A DNA stretch of 64,000 nucleotides from a virus (taxonomy: Duplodnaviria > Caudoviricetes): the IMG/VR virus record IMGVR_UViG_3300021399_000003, positions 1 to 64,000 of that record, one strand, 5' to 3'. Below are positions 31,630 through 40,400 of this stretch, one piece after another. Both the position numbers and the translations under genes were made by a program. A model generated the notes under the pieces. That model saw only the letters and a program-made list of their open reading frames with translations. It was not told the DNA's origin and searched no databases. How positions within the stretch are numbered: position 1 is the first letter of the stretch; every line of letters starts with the position of its first letter.

Positions 31630-31919
31630 AGTAAATCCTCCACTACTGTTTTAATTAAATCATATGCTTTTTCATTATCTACTTGAATAATGGAGAATAC
31701 CTTATTTCCTCTTTGAAGAAGAGGAATATTTATTGTGAAATCTCTTTTAAAACTGAATCTAGTTTTTATACGTTCATAGCCATCTAAGACATTAATATCC
31801 TCTAATTCACTATTTAGTATTAATGAATCAGTGCGTGCGTAAAAAACATATAATTTTTCTTCTTCTTTATATAAAATAATTATATAGTTTGAATTACCTT
31901 CATACTTAATAATTTCCAT
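31626..31919 (-). CDS. hypothetical protein
   Basis: 97 aa, coupled to neighbours. Confidence 0.55.
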   Translation of the reverse strand: MEIIKYEGNSNYIIILYKEEEKLYVFYARTDSLILNSELEDINVLDGYERIKTRFSFKRDFTINIPLLQRGNKVFSIIQVDNEKAYDLIKTVVEDLL

Positions 31920-32932
31920 TATCCGCCACCACCTACATTTTTATTATATCCAAATTCTTGGCTTTTAAAGAAATCTATATAATATTTTTCTAATTCATTT
32001 AATTGTTCTTTTTCACAATAGATAATTATTTCAATTGTCCAATTCCAAAATCCAGTTTTCCATATTTCATGGTGTACCGCTTGGTCTGCGATTGTTTTTA
32101 TACCAATTGAACTTTTAAAATGGTCGGCAATTCGTTTCTTAACATTGGTACTTTTACCAATATAGCATTTGCCAGTATCAATATTTGTGATTTTATAAAT
32201 GCCGGGTTTATCTTCTATTCCAACCCGTTTAAAAGTCCCATCTATATAAGGTTTTACATATTCAGCCCATACAAGTTTATTTATAATATCAGGATGCTGA
32301 ACTTTTTGTGAAACAGTGGTAATTAGAAAGCTTATATCTTCTTTATATTCATCAGGAACTTGTATTGTATAAAATAAGCGTTCTTGTTGTTTCATCTCAT
32401 ATTGTCTTAAAGGAAGTAATAATCCTTCAAAACGCTCTTGTTGTGCGCGAGTTTCCGCAAGAATATCTTCTTGGCTTTCGCGCGCGGAATCAATCACTTT
32501 TTGAACTTCTTCTTTAAATTTATATTCTTTCTCTAGTTCTTCGCGCTCAAATTGAATGTATTTGGTTTTTAAGTTTTCTTCTTTTTCACGCCACAATCGT
32601 TCAAAATCTGTATCCATTTCTGATTGGCGCGTAAGTTTTTGATTTTCAAAATATAAGTCTAAATCTGTCGTTTTTTTATTTAGTTCTCGTTTATATTTGT
32701 TTTGAATTTCAATTAATTTATCATTATATTCACTAACTAAATTAGTTTGTGTCTTAATATCTTTTGTTAATTCATCTTTTTGAAAACGAAGTTTTTCAAC
32801 TCTTCCTTCTGCTTCAGAGATTTCTTTTTTATAAACTTCTAATTGTTTATTGTCAATTGAAACCTTCTGTCCTAATTTTATACTTAATACAATTATTATA
32901 ATCGTAAGTATTCCTATTATTCCATATAACAT
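31919..32932 (-). CDS. membrane-anchored coiled-coil protein with C-terminal GIY-YIG nuclease domain
   Basis: N-terminal hydrophobic helix (GIIGILTIIIIVLSI), ~160-aa coiled coil, then GIYKITN...CYIGKS...R...E...GYN. Confidence 0.8.
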   Translation of the reverse strand: MLYGIIGILTIIIIVLSIKLGQKVSIDNKQLEVYKKEISEAEGRVEKLRFQKDELTKDIKTQTNLVSEYNDKLIEIQNKYKRELNKKTTDLDLYFENQKLTRQSEMDTDFERLWREKEENLKTKYIQFEREELEKEYKFKEEVQKVIDSARESQEDILAETRAQQERFEGLLLPLRQYEMKQQERLFYTIQVPDEYKEDISFLITTVSQKVQHPDIINKLVWAEYVKPYIDGTFKRVGIEDKPGIYKITNIDTGKCYIGKSTNVKKRIADHFKSSIGIKTIADQAVHHEIWKTGFWNWTIEIIIYCEKEQLNELEKYYIDFFKSQEFGYNKNVGGGG

Positions 32933-32965
32933 CTACATCACAACCACTCCTTTACTTTATAATTA

Positions 32966-32994
32966 ATTATATCATGGTTTTTTGAAAAAGTCAA
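32966..32994 (-). promoter_or_regulatory. sigma-A type promoter
   Basis: TTGACT-17-TATAAT with extended TG. Confidence 0.85.
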
Positions 32995-32996
32995 GT

Positions 32997-33027
32997 AAAA
33001 AAGAAAAGAGCAGGCTTATGCCTGCTC
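32997..33027 (-). terminator. intrinsic terminator at end of GIY-YIG gene
   Basis: GAGCAGGC-ATAA-GCCTGCTC followed by TTTTCTTTTTT on the - strand. Confidence 0.8.
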
Positions 33028-33702
33028 ATTTTTATATTTCCATTTATATCCACCGCAAGTTTTCTTTATACCGCGGCAAACTCCACTTATATTTTGGGCA
33101 TGTAAACCAGTTTGTCGCGCCGCTTCGCTTGCACTAATATATTCGGTAATAAAATTATTATCTAAGTCATATTGAATAACTGCTTTGCCTATAGGGCCAC
33201 TTTTCTTTTTGATAAAAGGTTTTATTGTAATTGTATCATCATTTTTAGTTTTAAATTGAAAACCTTTCGCTGTTGGCCTGCGTTGTTGTATTACAGCATT
33301 TATAAGAGAAAGATTACACTTTAATTCACGAGCGGCCGCACTCATAGAGGGAAAATCTTTTATGTAATTTCCATCTAAATCATACATTTCTATTTGACGA
33401 TTACAAATAGTATGAAGTGGTCGTTTTCCTCCAGAAGTTTCATTATAGCCATTAAAATAACTATCGTAATAATTAATCCAATAAATTTCTTTTTCGTCTA
33501 ATAATTTTTCATCACATTCTTCAAGAATTGAAAAGGTAAAATTATCAACCCCATATTTACTTATTGCTCTATGAATAGTGCAATCATCATATCGTGCTTT
33601 ATGTTGTCGCCATCTTTGATATATATCTATCGCTTGACCAATATAATCTTTATTATTAAGATTATTATGAATGCGATATATTCCACAAATAATATCTCGC
33701 AT
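33016..33702 (-). CDS. free-standing GIY-YIG homing endonuclease with two NUMOD1-like domains
   Basis: GIYRIHN...DYIGQA...R...E...GYN; two QYDLDGN..F.S..EAAR repeats. Confidence 0.88.
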   Translation of the reverse strand: MRDIICGIYRIHNNLNNKDYIGQAIDIYQRWRQHKARYDDCTIHRAISKYGVDNFTFSILEECDEKLLDEKEIYWINYYDSYFNGYNETSGGKRPLHTICNRQIEMYDLDGNYIKDFPSMSAAARELKCNLSLINAVIQQRRPTAKGFQFKTKNDDTITIKPFIKKKSGPIGKAVIQYDLDNNFITEYISASEAARQTGLHAQNISGVCRGIKKTCGGYKWKYKNEQA

Positions 33703-33796
33703 ATTTTTAACTCCTTCAACTCCAAAATAAAAGATAAAGGAAGCGGGAGTTGAACGCTTATCAGAAAGGTAGCTAATCTTTCCTATCCTTTATCTT
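33703..33796 (-). ncRNA. putative structured cis-regulatory leader RNA, copy 1
   Basis: P1 AAGATAAAGG/CCTTTATCTT; P2 GAAAG/CTTTC with loop ATTAGCTAC; P3 AAGCG/CGCTT with loop TTCAACTCC, complementary to GGAGTTGAA abutting the SD; homologous copy at 49949-50034. Confidence 0.7.
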
Positions 33797-33825
33797 AATA
33801 TATCATAAATTTTAGAAAAAGTCAA
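33797..33825 (-). promoter_or_regulatory. sigma-A type promoter
   Basis: TTGACT-17-TATATT with extended TG. Confidence 0.75.
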
Positions 33826-33828
33826 GTG

Positions 33829-36087
33829 TTAACCGCATTTACTCCAACCACAGCTGCTACAAATAACACATCCGCCCTCTCTGCGAATGGACTCTCCACA
33901 TTCTGGACACTTTTCGCTTATATCCTGAACACTTTTTGTAGCTGCGAGTTCAGTAGCTTTTTTGCTTTTTACTATGTTCTTTTGAGGTTTTTCTTCTTCT
34001 CCATAATAAAAAGTTTGAAGTGTTTTTGCCATAATATCTGGACAAGATAATCCATCTACAGGTTTGCTAGTTTTTGCACAAGCGGGACAATAAATACCAC
34101 GAAGTTGGTCAATAATTTCTTCAACTTTTACTCCAGAGCGTAGGCCAACTGAAATTAATCTATTTACTGCCGCCGTATTAGCTTTACAGATACCACCTTT
34201 GCTGCTTTCAATAAAAGTCTCAACAAGATTACCCTCATCATCACAATTAACAGTAATATATAATGTGCCACAAGCACAATGTCTGCAATAAGTATTGCCA
34301 TGAGTTGTTCCTAATGTTTTTCGTGATACTGGAATAATAGAATCAAAAATAACCGGAATATCTTCTGGATGAATAGTTTTTGTTTCTGATTTCTTTTCGG
34401 TTGTTAAAATGCCCGCTCTGCGGCAGTTATTTCTAAATACAGTAATACCTTTAAGACCTTTTTGCCACGCTTCCATATAAATATTCATAATATCTTCTAC
34501 AGTAGCTTCTTCCGGTAAATTAACAGTGGAAGAAATAGAAGCATCAATATAATTTTGCCAAGTAGCTTGCATATCAATTCTTTGATGATAATTTAAATCA
34601 CCGGCGGTTACGAAATAATCTGGAAGCATTTTATCATCTTTAATATTGTGCTTCTCCATATATTCCTTTACAATAGGCGTATAAATTTTATATTCTACAT
34701 CTCTACCATACAAGCTTTCTGTCTTACGTGTATAATAGTTTGCAAAAATTGGTTCTATGCCTCCACTAATACCAAGCATAGTGCTTAGAGTCCCTGTCGG
34801 TGCAATTGTTAATAATTGGCTATTTGCAAGACCATTTCTTGCAATAATCGCACGGACCTTATCATCTAGATTACTAAGATAAAAATCTGATTGGTTTAAC
34901 TTATGAAAATCATATTTAGGAAATGGGCCTTTCTGTACAGCTAAATTACAAGACGCATATGCTGCGAAATTTAGAATGTCATGTGCAATAGTATCGCATA
35001 ATTCAAGAGATTCTTGACTTCCATAGCGAATACCCATTTTGATTAGCATATCGGCAATTCCCATTACTCCAAGACCTATTTGACGCCAGTTTTTAACGCT
35101 TTCTCGCTGCTCTGCTAGTGGGTGAAGTGGCAGTCCTTCATCCAAGACATCATTCAGCGCTTCTACTGCTGAATAAGTAGTTTCAGCCAAATCATCAAAA
35201 TCAAAATAAATCGCGCCCGCTGGGCTTTCTTTTACGAAAGCCGCTAAGTTAAGAGAACCCAATAAACAACTGCCACCAGCCGGTAATGGCTCTTCGGCAC
35301 AAGGATTAGTTCCTGCGTATTCAAATTCTTCAAAACCAGAAAGTAGATTGTGCTTTGTAATTCTATCCCAGAATAGCATTCCTGGTTCTCCCATATCCCA
35401 ATTATTGTAAGCTATTTTTTTGAATAATTCATAAGCATCTATAGTTTTATTAATTACTTCGCCAGTTTCTTCTCTTGTAAAAGATAGGACATATGGCTTA
35501 TGATTTTTCGCGGCTTCCATAAAATCGTTAAATACTTTAATAGAAGTATTAGCTTTAGTTACTCTTTCTAAATCGCTCTTAATATCTATAAATTCTTCTA
35601 TATCGGGATGGTTACAATTCATAGAAAGCATAAGAGCTCCTCTACGGCCATTTTGACTAATAAGTCCAGTCACCATAGAATATAAATCCATAAAAGATAC
35701 AGCACCCGAACTTTCTTTCGCAGCATTTCTAACTCTTGCACCCTTAGGAGCCAATTTAGATAAATCTACGCCAACACCGCCTCCATAAGAATAAGTTCTT
35801 GCTAGACTTTTTGCACAATCAAAAATAGATTCAAGATTATCTTCTGGAGGAGAGACAACATAACAATTAGAGTATGTAATTTTTGCCTTATCTGCTAATC
35901 CACGATTGGCCAAGATACGGCCGCCAAATAAAAACTTTTTATCTCTAATGATTTGTTTAACATTTTCTTTTTTACCACTTACTCTATCTAGCCATTCTTC
36001 AAATGTTTCATTATTATATCTATATTTTCTTTCCCAAATTGAAATACCCACTTCATTATTTTCGCCAAGCCAATCTTGAATTTTCAT
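33829..36087 (-). CDS. nrdJ: class II (adenosylcobalamin-dependent) ribonucleotide reductase
   Basis: SNCYV, GRRGALM, TNPCAEEPL, TIAPTGT, KGITVFR; C-terminal SCPD domain and Zn ribbon; no NrdB in the window. Confidence 0.92.
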   Translation of the reverse strand: MKIQDWLGENNEVGISIWERKYRYNNETFEEWLDRVSGKKENVKQIIRDKKFLFGGRILANRGLADKAKITYSNCYVVSPPEDNLESIFDCAKSLARTYSYGGGVGVDLSKLAPKGARVRNAAKESSGAVSFMDLYSMVTGLISQNGRRGALMLSMNCNHPDIEEFIDIKSDLERVTKANTSIKVFNDFMEAAKNHKPYVLSFTREETGEVINKTIDAYELFKKIAYNNWDMGEPGMLFWDRITKHNLLSGFEEFEYAGTNPCAEEPLPAGGSCLLGSLNLAAFVKESPAGAIYFDFDDLAETTYSAVEALNDVLDEGLPLHPLAEQRESVKNWRQIGLGVMGIADMLIKMGIRYGSQESLELCDTIAHDILNFAAYASCNLAVQKGPFPKYDFHKLNQSDFYLSNLDDKVRAIIARNGLANSQLLTIAPTGTLSTMLGISGGIEPIFANYYTRKTESLYGRDVEYKIYTPIVKEYMEKHNIKDDKMLPDYFVTAGDLNYHQRIDMQATWQNYIDASISSTVNLPEEATVEDIMNIYMEAWQKGLKGITVFRNNCRRAGILTTEKKSETKTIHPEDIPVIFDSIIPVSRKTLGTTHGNTYCRHCACGTLYITVNCDDEGNLVETFIESSKGGICKANTAAVNRLISVGLRSGVKVEEIIDQLRGIYCPACAKTSKPVDGLSCPDIMAKTLQTFYYGEEEKPQKNIVKSKKATELAATKSVQDISEKCPECGESIRREGGCVICSSCGWSKCG

Positions 36088-36090
36088 ATT

Positions 36091-36348
36091 TTAGTTTTCC
36101 TCCCAATTCAATCTATCTTGATAAATACCGCCAGTGCTAAAATGGAAACCACAATAAGGACAAGTGTCATTTGTAATTTCCCAATTATACTTTGTGCTTG
36201 TATGCGGGCAATGCTTTTGATTGTCAATAATGGCAAGCTTTATTTTTTGTATGGTATCTTTTCGCTCCATAGTGGAAAGAGCCATTCTTAATTCTTTATT
36301 AAGCTGTTCGCGAGTTTGAATAATATCATCAATCCTCATATTCTCCAC
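36091..36348 (-). CDS. small Zn-finger protein
   Basis: 85 aa; HCPH...CPYCG. Confidence 0.6.
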   Translation of the reverse strand: MENMRIDDIIQTREQLNKELRMALSTMERKDTIQKIKLAIIDNQKHCPHTSTKYNWEITNDTCPYCGFHFSTGGIYQDRLNWEEN

Positions 36349-37415
36349 CTTCCTCCTTTCGCAACCATCTCGTGAGACTGTGTAAATAAGTCTTTTGCTG
36401 ATGGATAAAATTTTAATAATAGTTCTCGTTCATCCATTGCTGGATTTTTCTTTTTAGTATTTATTCTATCATTTAAAATTATTGAATAATTATCTTTTCT
36501 GGTGACATCCGCCCACCGTTCAATGCGAATAGATAAATTCGCTAATGGATTTTTATACCCAATAAATGGTGGTTCATATAAGATTTTTATTGGTATATCT
36601 ACACTCCAAAGACAATATAATAAATTCATTTTATAAATCATATCTTTGAAGTATTGAAAGTTTGTAGCAAAATTTCCACCTAGTTGTATATAAACATTAG
36701 AATAAGGAGTAATATCGGCTTTTAAATAATTTTTATATTTATTAGTCATGTAATACACTTCATCTAATGGTATATCTAAATCAAATATAATTGTATTTGA
36801 ACGAGTCATTTTAGGATAATTTCTTATTTCAAAAAACTCGGATAACTTTTTACAAACAATAGGATGTATTCTTACAATAGAAGATGGCTTTCTATTGCTA
36901 ATATCTTCTAATATGTCGCGCCAATCTGGATAGAAAAATTCACGGTCATACATTATTAATCGTTTGTTTGACATGATAGGCGGAACTGGTAATTTCTCTT
37001 CGCCCGCATAACAGCGATAATAGCTATTATCTAATACATTAGATATAACTTTTGCTTTTATACCGTCATCGTATTTTCCCTTAAGGTATTCTTTATAGAT
37101 TGCTGGCCGCGGAATGGTAAAGTCTATAATTGAATTTTCAAATGGAATATATTTTCCATTCGTAAAAGCAGTGCCGCCATATTCTACAGCAGGCGAGCGC
37201 AAGAATTTTTCTGGCACTTTTGGAACTGCGTGCCCTTCACTGAAAAAATAAATCTTTTCATATCCAGACAAATCTTCTTCATCCAAAGATAACAATCTAC
37301 AAAACCGATTTTCTTCGGTTTTGTAATAAGTTGCTAATTTCATTATTTCAAGATTAGGAATGATAAATTTAGAGGAAGAAAAATTAGATATATCATAATC
37401 AACTAGCCCTATCAT
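36336..37415 (-). CDS. degenerate radical-SAM-like protein lacking CxxxCxxC
   Basis: IGLVDYD...PNLEIMKLATYYK...YGGTAF resembles the N-terminus of a phage radical SAM family; no cluster motif present. Confidence 0.5.
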   Translation of the reverse strand: MIGLVDYDISNFSSSKFIIPNLEIMKLATYYKTEENRFCRLLSLDEEDLSGYEKIYFFSEGHAVPKVPEKFLRSPAVEYGGTAFTNGKYIPFENSIIDFTIPRPAIYKEYLKGKYDDGIKAKVISNVLDNSYYRCYAGEEKLPVPPIMSNKRLIMYDREFFYPDWRDILEDISNRKPSSIVRIHPIVCKKLSEFFEIRNYPKMTRSNTIIFDLDIPLDEVYYMTNKYKNYLKADITPYSNVYIQLGGNFATNFQYFKDMIYKMNLLYCLWSVDIPIKILYEPPFIGYKNPLANLSIRIERWADVTRKDNYSIILNDRINTKKKNPAMDERELLLKFYPSAKDLFTQSHEMVAKGGRWRI

Positions 37416-40400
37416 TCTTCTACCTCCGCGCGCTCATATTGGAAAGTTAAATTTCCATATTCGTCTACATTTGTTATTTTAGAAATAATCGGATAGATTG
37501 ACTGTTTCTTTTTCTTTGGGATAAAATCATTTCCACGGCGAATACCTTGAACCATAAGTTTTGTTCCTCTTTGAAACCAACTTCGCTCAAGAATTTTTTT
37601 GTGACCGTCATCTCCACGCTGGCTTAATTGCTTATCATAAATCGCATACTGATTCTTATAAATCTTTACATTTACAACGCCAGTCGGGGTTAAGAGCGTA
37701 ACTGTATTACGATTCTTATCCTTATCAATTACAGTTCCAATAATTTTAAATAACTTATATACTTTGATTTCTTGGCCATTACTTCCAGGGAAACTATACT
37801 CAATTTCAGGCTCTTCTGATAATTTGAAGAAATCATCAAAATCATTCTTGGCCTTTGCTAATTCGTGCTCATGATAGTAGAATGAGATACTATCCATTTC
37901 CCACTTACTAATATTACCATCAGCATATTTATCGGCAATTTCATCATATAAAGCCTTATTTAGCTTGGCCAATGCTTCTTCTTTATTATCTTTTAAATAC
38001 TGGCGCATTGGTTCCATTGCCTTCTTATAGATATTATCCCAAGTTTTCTGTAAAACTCTTGTGCCATCTTCAACTATATCTATATCAAAATGATTATCAA
38101 TAAAGTTAATTGCGGCTTCATTTAATTCGTAATAAATTCCATCCTTACAAGTTTTTAGAAACTTATTAAATGAAAATAATTTCGCATAGAATTGCATATC
38201 AGCCGGTATCTGATTTTTCGCAATTAACATTGACATATTTTGAAGAGTTAATCTTTGCTTCTTATCAGCAATCATGTCAATATATTTTGCCATAATTTCT
38301 TCGCGCGGAATATTCTCAATATTATCAAACGCGCCAGACTTAATTAAATTTATCATTTGAAGTTTATTCACCTTAATTTTCATTAAGAAATCTTTCAATG
38401 ACTCATATGGTCGCATAGCCATAATTTCATTAATCTTGTCCGTGGAGACGCGAGTGATGCCGCGTAGCCCATAAAGAATAACATTATCTTTTGCGACAGG
38501 TGTAAATGTAAAAGAAGACTGGTTGATGTCAGGTGGAGATACTTTAATTCCATAATCGCCCATTTTACCAATAATTGAGGCAATACGCCCATAGTCAACG
38601 ACTTTGTTCTTTTTCTTTTTCTTATCTGCCGTTGTTTCGGTTGTTTCTTCATTTGCTTCTTCCCATTCTTCTTCATCTTCTTCATCTAAATATTCAGAAG
38701 TATTCATATATTCAACACTATTTTCTAATAAGACAGCTTGAATTTCATCTTCATCTTCTTCATCAATATCTTCGGTTTGAACTCCACCGCTATCTACTAT
38801 CAGATTTGCTGTGTTCCAATACACAATTGGATACCTATATGCCAGATTCATTTCTTGAAGAGCAATAATGGAATAAGCATAAGTATGACTTGCGTTAAAA
38901 CCGTATCCGCGGCTTAACGCGATTTGAACATCCCAGACATAATGACAAAATCTTTTACTAAGATTCTTTTCATCTACTCGTTCATAAAATTCTTTGGTTA
39001 GTTGCTCATATTCTTTTGGGTTCTTCTTCGCAATACTCTTACGAAGTCTATCAGCCCATTGTAAGTCCCAGCCGCCGCATTCTGGTAGCTGAACTAATTT
39101 CATAAATTGTTCCTGTGTAATTGACAAACCGTCTGAAACATCTAATTGCTCATGAAGCAATTCTCGTTCCTTATTTGAAAGACCATACTGAATCATTTCA
39201 GTTTCCCAATCATTAGGATGCTTACGAAAACGAGCATATTTATCTAGTGGTGATTCTGCACCTTTTTCTGACGCCATAAGACGAATAACCGAGTTTAAAG
39301 TTGCTAAGTCATCAACATTTTTTGGATGAGTTAGTGAAATACCACGAATACCACTTGCCTTTTCCATTTGAAAAAGACTTACAATCTTATGTTCATCTAC
39401 TAACTTCCACATATCTTCGTCATCACGAAGAATGTTATATACACCCAATGCTTTTTCATATGTTTCACGTAAAGTCGGATACTTTTCAATATATCCATCT
39501 TTAATTAACATTTCAAGACAGGTCTGGATTTTATCTGCGGCTTCAACCGATAGAAGGTCCATTTTAATTTCTGAAACATCCTCCAAATCGTGAAGCTCAA
39601 ACTGAGTAATAATTGTTCCATCGGGCGCGCGCATAAGAGCACTAGACTCAGTGAAATCCTTATCCTTAAACACGACACCGCCCGCATGGATACCATATCC
39701 ACAAATTAGTCCTTCAATTTTACTAGCAACTTCCCATAACTTATCATACTTATTTATTTCTTCAACAAATGTTGGATTTGGTTTAATACCATTTTCTTCA
39801 TCACCATAATACATTTGATGTAATGTATATGCTTGGCCACGTTCCTGCGTAACCAGCGAAGAAATATACTGCGCATTATCTACATCAATTCCTAAACCGC
39901 GACATGCGGTAAGAATTGCTGATTTAGACTTTTCTAGTTTGAATGTTGCTACATTTGATACTCGGTTTTCACCATAATACTTTCTCAAATGTTCCAACAC
40001 TTGCGCGCGCTTAATACCAGAAATATCTACATCAATATCAAGAACAGACACACGTGCAGGATTAAGGAAACGCCAAGGATACATGGCTGTCTTTTCGCGC
40101 AAAGCATTAATTTGAATAATGTCTAACGCATATAAAAGTAAGAATCCGCCACCAGAACCACGTGCGGGCATAACTAATGTTCCAGCATTCCAACACTCAT
40201 CTATGATTTTTTGAAGATTAAGGAAGTAGGCGGACCATCTTGCTTTATTTACTTCACTAGAAACCCAAGTCATATTTAGACACTCATTAAGCGCATCATA
40301 TGCTTTTTGATTCTGTAAATCTTCGTGCTTTTGGATTCCATCAATAACAGCAAAGAATAATTCATTATCAGCACGATAAAAGGAATGAAGAAATTTATCT

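Noticed and set aside
32930-32945. ATG TAG ATG at the start of the TM-GIY-YIG gene as a second stop-hop or TAG recoding
   Set aside because: The second ATG can initiate directly, similar ...TAGATG starts occur elsewhere (TMP), and long ORFs are intact under the standard code.
33731-33796. Leader RNA as a hammerhead ribozyme, tRNA or SAM-I riboswitch
   Set aside because: CTGATAA resembles the hammerhead core but GAAA does not follow stem II, and copy 2 lacks CTGA; no T-loop or CCA; SAM-I core not present.
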